DNA of 64,000 nucleotides from Azolla caroliniana (Eukaryota > Plantae > Polypodiophyta): positions 3,844,001 through 3,908,000 of the forward strand of contig JBHGNT010000014.1 in assembly GCA_043228905.1 (NCBI GenBank), in the 5' to 3' direction. Under the pieces are notes generated by a model. It saw nothing but the letters and a program-made list of their open reading frames with translations, searched no databases and was not told the origin of the DNA. The position numbers were made by a program, and so were the translations under genes. Shown here piece after piece: positions 12,829 to 26,147 of the stretch. Numbering within the stretch: the stretch's first letter is position 1; each line of letters starts with the position of its first letter.

Positions 12829-13673
12829 TGAGTTATAATTTATACTTTGACCCATACTTGCATGTATATAATTGTGGACAATGTAGGATAGTGCACTTAC
12901 AAGTACACCTCATATTTTTGTAAAACTTACCAAATTAATATAAGTCTTTAACTTAAAGTTTCCCATGTCACACATTAGTGACATATTGAGCCGTTGTTGA
13001 ACTTTATTATGCCTACATTAACTTATCAACACATTGTCGTAGTGTAATTCGCACACTACGTGGAAAATGCATTTTTTGTCTCTACAGATGGGACATAAGC
13101 AGGACCCGGTAAGAACCGGATAAAGAAAACCGGCAAGAACTGGATAAAGAAAACCGGTGAGAACCAGATGAAGCAGACCCAGTGAGAATCAGATGAAGAA
13201 GGCCGGTGAGAGTCTCTCATCGGATGAAGAGACATATTTGTAAATAGAAGAAAGTATAAAAATATATATTACATGCATAGGGCAAGACTCAAACCTTGCA
13301 CCTCCATGTTTATAATGTAAAGCCTTACCATTACACTAACATATCATTAGCTCGACTCTCGAAGCGGGAACAAAGATTGTTCGGGGAGGATAAAGTCCTA
13401 ATGTTCGTAAGATCGATCGATCAAAAAGAAAGGATGGACATTGGGATCCAACTCGAAGATGATGGCGGTGCAAATGGACTTACCGAGGATTGGGATGAAG
13501 TCGAAAGAGTATGCCGAAGACATGATAAGAGGAAGATGAGAATATCATCGGCAACAACATGGCCTATAAGGGATGACCGATTAAGGATGAACGATGTGAC
13601 TGATTCGAAGGCCGAAGTACGATTCAACGGTACCACGGGAGAGGGTGTGGAATAAGGCATCCTCTTTTCTTGT

Positions 13674-14001
13674 TGTTGAGCGGCAAGCTCAACCGGAGCC
13701 GGATCGGCTGAATAAGCCGGACCCGGTAAGCGAGACGGATCGGGCGAAACGGATCGGTATGACGGTGAGCAACCGAATCGGCAAGCAGTGGAGGCCGGGT
13801 GCAATCCATAACCGGAAGTCTAATCGGAAGCCTAGTATAGGATAGACTGCTAGGTAGCTATAGTCTCGTAGTAAGTGTCAAATGCTCGTGTGAGCATTGA
13901 AGTACATGGTACTTCTCTCAGTCCCAAGAGGACTTGTATAAATAGTGCTACTTAGCACAGTGTGTATACAGAGTTTTGATATAATTTTGAAATTGCGTTC
14001 T

Positions 14002-14037
<36 letters not shown>

Positions 14038-14076
14038 GTTCTCTGTTTTACGCTTCCGCAAACACTTACGTTTAGA
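13674..14076 (+). repeat. copia 5' LTR
   Basis: Direct repeat of 19207-19605; TATA box and (CT)n tract. Confidence 0.93.
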
Positions 14077-14170
14077 TGGTATCAAAGCGCGAGGGTTGAG
14101 AATCTCTACTGCAGACATTTACTCTTGAGAAGAAAACCCTAACAGGTTGAAAACAGACACAGTAGAAGAC

Positions 14171-17100
14171 ATGGATAGAGGCATGGCTACGTCGCTCCCG
14201 GTGGAGAAGCTCGACAGGAGCAACTACGCATCCTGGTCTTACAAGATGCACCAGTACCTGCTTGGACACGGGTACTGGAGTTATGTCGAAGGAGCGAATG
14301 ATGCAGCGCCAGACTTGGCACACAAGGACTTCCCGGTATGGGAACAGGCGGCAAGCAAGGTGATGTACTGCTTCGCGTCCAGTGTCGGCGATCAGCTGCT
14401 CAGCCACATCCGTGACGCCAAGACACCGAAGGATGCTTGGGGGAACCTGAAAAAGGTTTTCGCCACAAGCACCATTGCCCGGAAGCTGCAACTCAGACAG
14501 GAGTTGAGCAATGTTTGACAGAAGAACATGTTCGTGGCAGACTACACGGGCCGGATAAAGGAAATCTGCGATTCGCTGGCCTCTATCAATATTACCATAG
14601 AGGAAGACGAGATGGTGCAGGTATGTCTCGGAGGCCTGGCGTCCAAGTTCGGAGCGTTCTGGACTGCGGTGTGTACAAGGGAGAATACCCCCTCATTCTT
14701 CGACTTACAGTCGATGCTCCTTGTAGAGGAGAACCACGCCGGTGCATCTACCAGTGCATCCTCGGACAGCCAAATGTTGTACACGGTAACGGATCGGCTC
14801 CGTGGGCGTGCTGGAAGAGGTGGGTCGGCACGCAATGGAGGCGGCCGACAAGAGCAGGAACGAAGGCACTATGAGTGTGCCGACAGCAGTTCCGGGACTT
14901 CCACAAGCAGGGGGAGTCAAGGCGGTGCCGGAGGCCGGCAAGACAAATCCGGTACGGAATGCTGGTACTGTGGCAAAAAAGACCACAGGGAAAGCGAGTG
15001 CTGGAGAAAGCGTGCAGATTCGGACAAATCCGGATCCGGCAAGACCGGTAAGGATGGCCGGCAAAACTCGCACTACGCAAACGGATCAGGAGGATCCGGA
15101 ACCGGAAAGGCCGGTAAGGGGCCAGCCTTGGTGATGAATCACAAGGCAAACTCAATGAAGAAAACCACTTCCAAAATGGAGGAAGTGTGGTATGTTGATT
15201 CCGGCGCGTCGAACCACATGACGAGCCACAAAGAGTGGTTCTCCTTTCTAGAGAAACCGGATCAACCAGGAGTAGTCGAAACCGGAGACGACACTCCTCA
15301 CCCAATCGTGCACGTCGGAGAAGTCCCTCTAAGCCACGTCGAACAGAAAGGGAAGCTGATGAACGTATTACACATTCCGACAATCACGAAGAACCTGGTG
15401 TCCGTCGGTCAGATTGTCGACCAGGGTATGCAGGTGCGGTTTACGCACCTCGGGTGCTTCATTGAGGATGAGGGCGAAGTCATTGTGCAAGGGCGCAGAG
15501 ACGGGAGGATGATTATCCTCAACACCAATGACTTTGGCACCGCTCTGTTCGCGAAACGATAGAAGGTCGAGTCGTACATCGACCTGTGGCACAAGCGGAT
15601 AGGCCACGTCAACTACCGGAGGCTTCAAGATCTGCAAACGAAACAAGTCGTTTTCGGTTTGCCGAAGTTCAGCGGCCGGAGAGCCGAAATTTGTGAAGCC
15701 TGCCAACTTGGGAAGCAATACCGGCTTCCATTCCCCACCGAACGGAACCGGAGCCGTAACAAGCTCGATCTCATCCATTCGGATGTGTGGGGACCGGCAC
15801 AAAGTGTAAGCCTTCGCGGGAGTCGGTACTTCGTCTCCTTCATCGACGACTATACTCGACATACTTGGATCTACCTCATTGAGCGGAAGAGCGAAGTCTT
15901 CGACTGTTTCCGGAGCCTCCAGAAGATGGTGGAACGGGAATCGGAGAGGAAGATTAAATGCCTTCGGTCGGATGGCTGAAAGGAATATTTTTCCGGCCAA
16001 TTCACTAGTTATCTGCAGTAGAAGGGAATTCAGCGAGAGTTCAACTGCAGATACACACCGGAGCAAAACGGTGTGGCTGAAAGGAAGAACCGGACACTCG
16101 TCGAAGTGGCAAGGACAATGCTGGAGGAGAAGAGCATGCCCCGGTTCTACTGGGCGGAGGCGGTCCGGACGGCCGTCTACATACAAAACCGCATTGGTGA
16201 CAAGGTGTCAGCTCATGAGCTGTATTTCGGGTGCAAGCCGAACTTAAGACACCTTCGGATATTCGGCAGCATAGCGTATGTGCATGTGCCCGATCAGAAG
16301 CGGAGAAAGCTGGATGCAAAATCGGAAAAATGCATTCTAGTCGGCTATGCTCAAGAGCAAAAGGGGTATAAGTGCTATAACCCCCGAACGAAGGAAGTCC
16401 GAGTTAGCCAGGATGTCGAGTTCAATGAATCGGCATCCTGGTACTCCGTACCGACTCCGACTTCCAATCCCGACCCAATGCCGGAAGATCAGGCCAGTGA
16501 GCCTGAATCAACCCTGGTAGAGGATGATGAAGTCGGGACTCAAGATGAGAGTCTGGAATCGTTACGGTTGAGTGGACCGAACAAGCGACTGAGTCGGTTG
16601 GATCAGTCGGATGAAGAGACGGCAAGTGGTGGAGACTCTGCCATGCTCTCCCAGCGCAAGGAACCGAGGAAACGGTTCACGCGCAAAGAGAAGGGGAAGA
16701 GGAAGATGCCGGAATTCGAAACCGGCAACGATGAGTCAGATCGGTGCGTATCCGACTCCGGAAAAGAGAAAGGCGGATCTTCGGCAACGAAGACCGAACT
16801 GGCCAAGAAGGGCCTCAAATCAGGTTACGGTGCGTTGCACCGATCAACCCGCCAGAAGGATCCCGTCATGCGGTACGGGTACAATGAATACATGGCGCAT
16901 CATTATGCGTACATGACTAAGGTGATAGAAGTGCGTGAGCCGGAGAGCTATGCAGAAGCGGCAAAGGACGCAAATTGGCGTGCCGCTATGGATGAAGAAA
17001 TGCGGGCGCTCGATGCCAACGAAACTTGGGACCTAGTTGACCCTCCCCGTCACTGCAAACCGATCGGATGCAAGTGGGTGTACAAGGTCAAGTACAACGC

Positions 17101-18577
17101 CGACGGTTCTGTTAACCGGTACAAAGCCCAGTTAGTGGCGAAGGGATATGCACAGACCCACGGAATCGACTACGACGAGACCTTTGCTCCTCTGGCGAAG
17201 ATGACGACGGTTCGTGTGGTACTGGCGGTTGCTGCGGCAAGGGGGTGGCATCTTCACTAGATGGATGTGAAGAACGCCTTCCTTCAAGGAGAGCTTGAAG
17301 AAGAAGTCTTTATGACTCAGCCCCCCGGATTTCAATCGGAGATGAACAAGTCGGCGGTATGCCGACTGCAGAAGTCGCTTTACGGCTTCAAGCAAGCCCC
17401 CCGAGCCTGGAACGCGAAGATCACGCACCGATTGCGTAAGCTGGGGTTTGCTGTCTCTAAGTCAGACTGTTCGTTGTTCATCCGGCAAGGCTCTGACGGT
17501 CCGGTATGTATACTCTTGTATGTGGATGATTTAGTCATCACCGGACCGGGTCTTCCCGAAATCAACCGCGTCAAGTCCCAGTTGTCGGACGCATTCGAAA
17601 TGAAGGACCTGGGGGACCTTCATTATTTTCTTGGGATCGAAGTGATCCGGACCCCCGACGGCATATTGCTTTCACAACGACATTACGTGTTGAATATGTT
17701 GTATAAGTTCGGCATGACGGATTGCCGACCTGTCTCCACACCCCTGGACCGGAACCAGAAGCTCCGTCCCAACTCCGGACCGGCCTGCAATGAGAAACGG
17801 TTCCGACAGGCTGTCGGAAGCCTGATCTACTTAACCATCACCCGACCCAACATCAGCTATCCGGTCGGCATGGTAAGCCAGTTCATGCAGAAGCCAACCG
17901 TGGAGCACCTTCAGTGCGCGCAACAAATATTACGGTATGTCAGCGGCACTAAGGACCGGGGACTGCTATACCGGCGAGGTATACCTGAAGAGCTTGTCGG
18001 TTACATAGATGCTGACTGGGCCGGCGATGCGTCTGATCGCCGCTCCACTTCCGGATACATGTTCTCCATAGGTAGTGCGGCCGTTGCGTGGAGCAGCAAG
18101 AAGCAGCCCACAGTGGCTTTGTCAAGCACTGAGGCTGACTACCGGGCCGCTACCGTTGCCACTTGTGAAGCCATCTGGCTTCGGCGACTGCTGCGAGACT
18201 TGCGGATCGAGGTACTGACCCCGATCCCGATTTACTACGATAACATGAGCAGCCTGCAGCTCGCCAGGAACCCTGTGTTCCATGCTCGCACAAAGCACAT
18301 CGAGGTGCACTACCACTTCGTGCGTGAGCGGGTCCTGAGCGGTGAAGTTGACCTACGGTATGTTCATACAGATCGGCAAGTTGCCGACATCTTCACCAAG
18401 CTGCTCGGATCGGACAAGTTGCAGCACTTTACTGACATGCTTGGTATTCAGCATCTTGACGTGTCGCACTTGAGGGGGAGAAGCATGGGCAAAGTCTCTA
18501 TCGAAACGGGCAAATGCCAAAAAACTGTTGAACCCATCGGTAAGAGGAGAGCCGGAAGAAGAGGAGACGAGAAATGA
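14171..18577 (+). pseudogene. copia gag-pol, single frame with five premature stops
   Basis: CCHC, WYVDSGASNHM, LIHSDVWGP, LYVDDL, DADWAG, RTKHIEVHYHF; stops at 14516, 15560, 15977, 16019, 17258. Confidence 0.94.
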
Positions 18578-18972
18578 AGGAAGCCGAGTCAACAAAGGAA
18601 GTCGACACATCCGAACAGGTCGGACCAAGCGGCTGTGAAGAAGAATTGTGCACTCAGGAAGAGAAGTGCATGCTGTGCGGAGGTCATCACGACGGTACTG
18701 ACCATGATACAGAGTCGAATGAAGAATTCGATTTCGGTTCACCGGCTGAAGAAGCCGAGGGAAGCTTGGAGAAGGCCAAGACTCGGAAGTGGTCCGATGT
18801 GGTGAGAGGCCTGAAGCCGGAAGTCGAATCGGAGTGTACCGATTCGGACAAGAGCTGGAACGAGTCGGAGACAGCTGACTCGGATCAACAGATGGATCCG
18901 GATGAGTCAGATCGATTGAAGGCCAAGGGGACACGGACACAACGGAAGTCGCCGCCATCGTGGGAGAACTGA
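18574..18972 (+). CDS. Extra acidic 132-aa ORF between pol and the 3' LTR, unknown function
   Basis: ATG overlaps the pol stop (ATGA); no recognisable domain. Confidence 0.35.
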   Translation: MKEAESTKEVDTSEQVGPSGCEEELCTQEEKCMLCGGHHDGTDHDTESNEEFDFGSPAEEAEGSLEKAKTRKWSDVVRGLKPEVESECTDSDKSWNESETADSDQQMDPDESDRLKAKGTRTQRKSPPSWEN

Positions 18973-19206
18973 CGGATCGGTAAGCGCCGGAGTCACAACA
19001 ACGTGAGTGTTGAGATGGGCCTATTGAGCAGACATGCCGACCGAGAGGGTCGAGGCGCGCAAAACCAAAGGTGTCGCGGCAAACGGGACCGGACCGAACG
19101 AGGAGCGCGAGCAAAGCGGAGTGACGCCAGGAGAAGTCGGTTGGAAGAACCAACTGCCATAGAGATCGACACTACGACCCCACCTCAGGTTGAGCTTGAG
19201 GGGGAG

Positions 19207-19535
19207 TGTTGAGCGGCAAGCTCAACCGGAGCCGGATCGGCTGAATAAGCCGGAGCCGGTAAGCGAGACGGATCGGGCGAAACGGATCGGTATGACGGTG
19301 AGCAACCGAACCGGCAAGCAGTGGAGGCCGGGTGCAATCCGTAACCGGAAGTCCAATCGGAAGCCTAGTATAGGATAGACTACTAGGTAGCTATAGTCTC
19401 GTAGTAAGTGTCAAATGCTCGTGTGAGCATTGAAGTACATGGTACTTCTGTCAGTCCCAAGAGGACTTGTATAAATAGTGCTACTTAGCACAGTGTGTAT
19501 ACAAAGTTTTGATATAATTTTGAAATTGCGTTCTG

Positions 19536-19566
<31 letters not shown>

Positions 19567-19605
19567 GTTCTCTGTTTTACGCTTCCGCAAACACTTACGT
19601 TCATA
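19207..19605 (+). repeat. copia 3' LTR
   Basis: Direct repeat of 13674-14076, preceded by a PPT. Confidence 0.93.
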
Positions 19606-22109
19606 CTTGCAAAAGAACCACGGCCAAGGATAAGGTCGATTACTTGAGAGTGGTGAACACCACTTCAAGAACGGAAGAAGGTTTCGGAATACAAGTATTC
19701 GAAACATCGGGTGAAAAAGGGGTAAGCATAATCGATGCTTGCATGATCGAGGGAGATAAAGAGTGTGAGGCGGACTTGATTGAGGAGGTCGCCATGAAAG
19801 ATGACATCGAATCGAAGGTGGCTATAGATGAATCAATGGCGGATGGTCGTATGAAGACTTTCCCACCACTAGTTCTAGATATTTCGGCGGTTGCGTTCGA
19901 AAAGCAACGTGAGACCAAAGAGACGGAAGATGGCGGAGAGAAAACGAAGGCCGACGCCGATGCATACGACGGAGAGATAGCCGAGAAGGTGGCTATGGGT
20001 GAAACGATGGAGGACGGTAATACCGAGGATTCTTGCCCACTAATTCTAGAGACTTCGACGGTTGTGTACGAGTACCAACGTGAGACCAGAGAGACGAGAG
20101 GTGGTGGCAAGAAAGGTAAAGTCGGAAGTCGTTCGGATGGAAGATGATCCGGACGAAATTCCGATCTAAACAAAAACCAACCCGGAAGGGGACCGAATCG
20201 GTGAAAACAGATCAACTGAGTCCGGTTCGAGTGAATACGAATCCGATCAGAACCCGATCCAATCGAAAGCCGATCTGACGAGAACGAATTGGAAAGAAGC
20301 TAATACGACTCAACCAGAGGTCGAAACAATCGAGGCCAGTGAAGATAAGGAAGAGGTCAAGCAAAGGCACTACCACGGATGACAAGGACCAAGCAGGCAA
20401 AGTGGATTTGAAGATTGTTACCAAGGATGAGATCTTAACAAAGACGGTGAGCTCTAACATGAAGATTATCAACTCTAATGCGAGATTATACGACAAAGGT
20501 GAACAAAGTGGGAAGCATGGCACATGCACGAGACAAGAAGAGTTATGCTCAAGAGAATCACAAGGAGCCATGACAATCGGCCATGGCAATGCAAACAGTG
20601 AACGAAGAGTATGGTGGATCGGATGGCGACAATGGTTTGGGTGGAAAGAATGGATATGCTCAAAATGGAGAGACAAAGTTGACATAGCGAGCGAAACGAA
20701 GGGATTGCGAGTAAAGGAGAAATACGAGAGCCGACAACCGGTAATCGAGCAGAGCAAGCAACTGAAAACTGGAAACCGGATGGAGCCGGCAAACGAACAG
20801 AACCGGAAACCGAGCGGAGCCGGCAACCAAGCACGACCGACGACGAAACCAACCAGGCGGATATCGAACGGGGAAGACTAACAATCACCGACAGCTTCGA
20901 CACATACCGGAGGATGTGCGGGCTCGGAGGGGGCGAGTGTTGTAGTGTAACTCGCACACTACGTGAAAAATGCATTTTTTGTCTCTACGGATGGGACATA
21001 AGGAGGACCCGGTAAGAACCGGATAAAGAAAACCGGTGAGAACCGGATGAAGCAGATCTGGTGAGAACCGGATAAAGAAAACCAGTGAGAACCGGATGAA
21101 GCAGATTTGGTGAGATCCGGATAAAGAAAACCGGTGAGAACCAGATGAAGCAGACCTGGTGAGAACCGGATGAAGCAGACCTGGTGAGAACCGGATGAAG
21201 AAGGTTGGTGAGAGTCTCTCACTGGATGAAGAGACATATTTGTAAATAGAAGAAAGTATAAAAATATATATTACATGCATAGGGAAAGACTCAAACCTTG
21301 CACCTCCATGTTTAGAATGTAAAGCCTTACCATTACACTAACATATCATTAGTGTTAAAAAGGTAAACGTCCCACATAGAAAGGTAAGTTCACACGAGGA
21401 TAAACTTTAGTTAGAAGAAAACACATGATAAAAGCTACGCATGCACATGTAGCGTGCATGAACACCATAATCGATAAAAACGCATCAAATTAGAAAAAGT
21501 AAGATCACTTTAGAAAAAGCATAGAGTCTATCTATAGAAAAGCATGGATTGTTAAAGTCTCTCTCATCGTTATATAAGGATGGGGAGCACAATGTAATAG
21601 GTGTGTGGATTATTTGGAAATTGGATATATTTCCTAAAACACCAATTAACAAACTATATTCGTGGGATTCACGAAATAATCTATACTTGGGAGATTCACA
21701 AGTTCTTTTTAATCTCTTTCTTTCAATCTAAATACATATTCTTATCTAAATATTGATTAATCTAATACAATACACTCGTGGGATTCATGAGATTTCTATC
21801 TCTCTTTCTAATAATCTATCCATAACTATAAACTTGTCTCAAATTCTTCCTCTTCCTAGTCCAAAACCCCAGCGGTTCTCACGCAACGATCTGGCGTCGA
21901 AAGGCACGACAACGTCCAAACTTGCATGATTTCTAATGATCTCCACTCGTAGACCTATCATGTATTTTTATATTTGCAAATTCTAATCAAGTTGTGGAAC
22001 ATGTGATACTAGTGCATCCAATTTTTGTAGAGAGGGTATATTTGGATAGTTTCAAGAAGATTCTACAAGTGGAATGCATAATCCTTCCACTTGTGAACGC
22101 GAACGTGTT

Positions 22110-22700
22110 AAAGATCCAAAAGACGCATAAAAGCAAAATTTTGTGTTTCGGTTGGATGCTAGATTTAGAAAAATGGTTTGGTAGATGGGATGCAAGACAC
22201 TTGCTTCATGATGTCTCACTAGATTCCTCTGTAAATGAGACCTTTTAGCAACGCCAATGTATCATGACATGGGACAAATGTGGTGGCTCACGCTTCACAC
22301 ATTATACTACAAATGTTGCACCTAACTACAAAACCATATTCTTCGCGGAATGGGGAAGCCATACACATCGATGCATGTTAGAGTGCATCCCGATATCTGC
22401 AATTCGAACCATTGCTTCCATGTGACTTAGCTCGCACGCATTGTGATGTGAGATGGGGCTTTGGGGCACAAGTGATGAGAGTGGCCGACTATACACACTT
22501 TACCCTAAACAAGTTTGAGAGTCTGAGTATCACACTTTGATACAATGCTCTGCCTTTGATCATATTCGACCATGCTTTCCACATCTCTTCGATCGAGCCC
22601 AATCCATGCACGAATTTCTCTCACAACCACGATGTGCACTCTCAATTGCAACATTCATTGGTAAAGTTCTTGAACATTGAGAGTCGCTACTCACTTTGAC
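22110..22700 (+). pseudogene. LINE ORF2 relic, right part with degenerate C-terminal zinc-finger region
   Basis: LSSHAL*CEMGLWG...ESEYHTLIQC...IR motif; contiguous with 6798-7059. Confidence 0.75.
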
Positions 22701-22765
22701 ACGTATCACGTGAAATGTAATATTTTTGGTCTCATAGGTCATATTTGACCTCCGAAGACGATAAT

Positions 22766-22768
<3 letters not shown>

Positions 22769-22821
<53 letters not shown>
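22769..22821. repeat. (TC)n(AC)n compound microsatellite
   Basis: Direct reading. Confidence 0.95.
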
Positions 22822-23593
22822 AATATGTACACCATATGTATGTATATATGTATCGCGTATAGATTTCAATCATACTTGGAGTCATTTCACATATGAGAAT
22901 GATAAGAATACTCAGGTATGAGTATGGCACGAATGGGAAGTATAGCTAGAACTGTGCCATGACTTAGTCGGCATGGTGATATCATGAGTGTATAAGATGT
23001 GTACGAACCATTAATAAAGACTTTGCACACAAGTTTGCAAAGTGATTCATATAATATACTTCAAAGTTTTAAAAATTGTAAGGATCGTAGCGTATATACC
23101 CCATTTCCTTGGAGATACAGTTAAGATTATGTCTACATTGAGTATGGAATTCCTGAAAGATTATGTGGATGTGACATGCATTGGAAGTTCGGTAGATAAC
23201 CATTAAGGATATAGAAGAACGGTTTTTTGCATCATGTTATTATGAATCTCAATGGTTTTGAGAAGGATAGTAATAACTATTCAGCAATTCCAGAATATGG
23301 TAGAGAAAAAGGAATGCTTTCCGTTTTATGAGATGCAACAGAAGGTGATATGTATAGAAGCATCATCATAGATATGGTGAGGAATTAACTAAAGCCATCC
23401 ATTTCCAAACTTTATTTTCTAGGGTATTATAGAGACTATAAAAAACAAGGCTACTCTTTCACATTGAAAATGTTGCCATCGATGAATATGTCTACATGAT
23501 CTACAAGTATTTTAGCACAAAAGGCTATGACACTTAATGAGTAGAAAGCACTTGGAAATTTTTATGGTGTTAAAAAAATGATAGATGGGAAAG

Positions 23594-23638
23594 TAGGGTT
23601 TAGGGTTTAGGGTTTAGGGTTTAGGGTTTAGGGTTTAG
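23594..23638 (+). repeat. Interstitial telomeric repeat, ~6.4 x TTTAGGG
   Basis: Perfect units abutting the broken end of a copia gag. Confidence 0.97.
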
Positions 23639-24815
23639 TTGTTGTCGGCATCACTTCGGTGCCATCTTCCTTGATCTCGTCGGCCGCTTCCATTGTGTAC
23701 CGACTCGCCTCGTTCGCCACGACCACGGGGCCTTTCTCCCTCCGTGTACAACATCTTGCTTTCGGTGTGCGTGCTCGTCGACGCACCCGCGTGGTTGTCC
23801 TCTACCAGGAGCATCAACTGTAAGTTGAAAAAGGACGGCGTATTCTCCCGGGTACACACAGCCGTTCGGAACGCTCCGAACTTCGACGCCAAACCTCCAA
23901 GACAGATCTAGACCATCTCGCTCTCCTCGATGTTCACCTCTATGGAGACGAGGGAGTCGCAGATATCCTTGATCTTCGAGGTATAGTCCGCCACCGACAA
24001 GTTGCGTTGTCGTAGGTTGCTCAACTCCTGTCGGAGCTGAAGCTTCCTAGCTATGGTGCTCGCGGCGAAAATCTTCTTCAGATTTTCCCACGCACCCTTC
24101 GGTGTCTTTGCATCCCGAACATAGCTCAATAGCTGTTCACCCACACACGACGCGAAGCAGTATAGTACCCTGCTCGCTGATTCCTCCCACGACGGGAAGT
24201 CTCTGTGTGTCGATTCGGGTGCCGCGTCATTAGCTCCTTCGACATAACTCCAGTAGCCATGCCGGAGCAGGTACTGGTGCATCTTATAGGACCAAGAAGC
24301 ATAGTTGGTTCTGTCGAGCTTCTCTGTTGGAAGCGAGCTCGCCATGCCTCTATCCATCGTTCTTCTTGTTCTTCTTCGTCAAGCTGTGTCTGCTGCAGAG
24401 AGGTTCTCAACCCTCGCACTTTGATACCATGTAGAAAGTAGCGTGCGGAAGCAGGTATGAAGACAGAACAGAGGAAGGAAACTCAGGTTCAATGGAGAGC
24501 TTGGGCTTACACGGTATACGCGGGAGAGACAGAGAGAGTAGACACATAAAACTATATTCAATAATAATACTCAATCTGTACATAAGACGTGCTCAGTGAG
24601 CACTTTTATACAAGTCCTAGAAGGACTGACCGAAGTACTGACAGTACTTCAATGCTCATCAAGAGCCCCTACACTAACTCCCAAATATATTCCTCACGGA
24701 ATATCTTTCCTAACGACCTCCCGGTTTATGTACTCGGCCTAACCAATCGGTCCCAACCGATCCGGTCCTCGGCTTCTTCAGCCGATCCGGCCGATGTTGA
24801 GCTTGTCTCTCAACA
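23639..24815 (-). mobile_element. 5' fragment of a copia (LTR 24430-24815, PBS-Met, gag), relative of 13674-19605
   Basis: gag MDRGMASSLPTEKLDRTNYASW; LTR starts TGTTGAGAGACAAGCTCAAC; truncated at the telomeric tract. Confidence 0.92.
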
Positions 24816-25662
24816 TGCACGTTCTTCACTGGAATGAGGTTGTCGTCTGCAAGCCTCTTTATCCCCTTCTCGCTCATGTGACACAGCTTCTTGTGCCATA
24901 GCTCACCGGCAGTGTCGAATGCCACGTTCACTTCCTTCGGACATAGTCGGATAGTGGCCACAACTTTCCTAATCAGAAGCTTCCAATCCGACTCCAATAC
25001 CCCCTTTGGTATTTCCAATCTGTCGATTGGCTCGTACAGGTCTTTTACAATGAGAAGGTCTACCATCTTAATCTTCCAGTCTGCATGGTTCTGTGAATTT
25101 AGAACCATCATACCTGGGAAGTCGCTCTCGCCTCCTTCCATTTTCTGTGTTGCTAGCTCTGATACCAGTTTGAAGTTAAAATCGTTGCCGGCCACAACCG
25201 GTTGTATGTGTGCGGAATAATAGTCAATATAATGGAAAGGAAAAACAAAATACAGAAACTGAGAATGACATAGATTTTAACGTGGAAACCCGAACTGGGA
25301 AAAACCACGTGGAGTCCACAAACTCCGAACAGAACACTATGAGAGAAAAGGAATACAATCAGAGATCTCAGAGGCAACGACCTCGAGATCCTGCTTCGCC
25401 AACATGCGGCTATGGAGCTCACATGCTTCCACTAACACTCGTTCACTCTCACAGTTACGGAGGCAACAACCTCGTCAACAATAACTTTACAACAACGCAC
25501 ATATCTAACATGATTGCCCTAAGTACTTATATACCTTTCAACTATTTACAAGTTTAGCCTTCCGTGTTGGCTATCTCCACGATTTCCGGATTCGGCCTCG
25601 GCCGAGTTGCTCATCAACACGGTTCTTCTCACTTCCCATCCGGAGGGACCTGTTTCCTAACA
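24816..25662 (-). mobile_element. 5' part of an internally deleted copia (LTR 25171-25662, PBS 25156-25167)
   Basis: TGGTATCAGAGC PBS; gag N-terminus fused to the pre-integrase LWHKKLCHMSEKG segment; LTR start homologous to 30835. Confidence 0.85.
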
Positions 25663-26147
25663 TGTGTGTGTGTGTGTGTGTATGAAGATACAAAGTTATA
25701 AATGTTGCACAATAAGGAAACTATAAGACTGAAGACACAGAGAGAACGTGTGATTGAGAGAGCAGACACAGAAGAAGAGCATATGACAGAAAAGAGAGCA
25801 GAAAAATAGCAAACAAAGAGACAAAGTGCGAGAGCACGAGAGCAAGAGCAAGAACGTCCTGCAAATAAGGAGATAGAGATTTTTGGGGAGATGTTCGTGC
25901 CTCCAAGAACCCATGACGGTGCAACAACTTTCTTGTCCATTGTATCAGGTTACTTTGTTCTACGTTTTTTTGTTTACTGTTTTCTATTGTTCTTTCCACC
26001 CAATCAGGTGAAGCTTATTACCAAGGTTGTTGGCTTGAGGCATATGTATTCCTTTAGTGAAAACTAGTGAGGTTGTACTTAGAGCATAGTGAAATTGTTT
26101 GGAACCCTAAGGGTTCAGTTGTTTTTCCTTATTTGGGTTTTCCACGT

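Larger units (their letters stand above)
13674..19605 (+). mobile_element. Full-length Ty1/copia LTR retrotransposon
   Basis: LTRs 13674-14076 and 19207-19605 nearly identical; PBS TGGTATCAAAGC (tRNA-iMet) at 14077; PPT 19195-19206; TSD CTTGT/CTTGC. Confidence 0.96.
13035..21352 (+). mobile_element. Non-autonomous LTR element (direct repeats 13035-13350 and 20938-21352) with a gypsy gag fragment, interrupted by a copia
   Basis: Matching TG-starting repeats that differ in number of ~25-bp subrepeats; PPT GGAGGGGGCGAG before the second; 13350-13560 resembles the gag at 27230-27410; no clean TSD or PBS. Confidence 0.75.
7060..22109. mobile_element. Sola-like cut-and-paste DNA transposon (~6.7 kb own sequence plus ~8.3 kb nested LTR elements)
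   Basis: 29-bp TIRs 7060-7088 and 22081-22109 (27/29 identical, core GTTCGCGTTCACAAGTGGAAGGAT); 4-bp TSD AAAG (7056-7059, 22110-22113); removal restores the LINE reading frame. Confidence 0.9.

Noticed and set aside
23594-23638. True chromosome end
   Set aside because: Only 45 bp, with non-telomeric sequence on both sides
24710-25195. 161-aa ORF as a host gene
   Set aside because: Runs across LTR, PBS, deleted gag-pol and into another LTR
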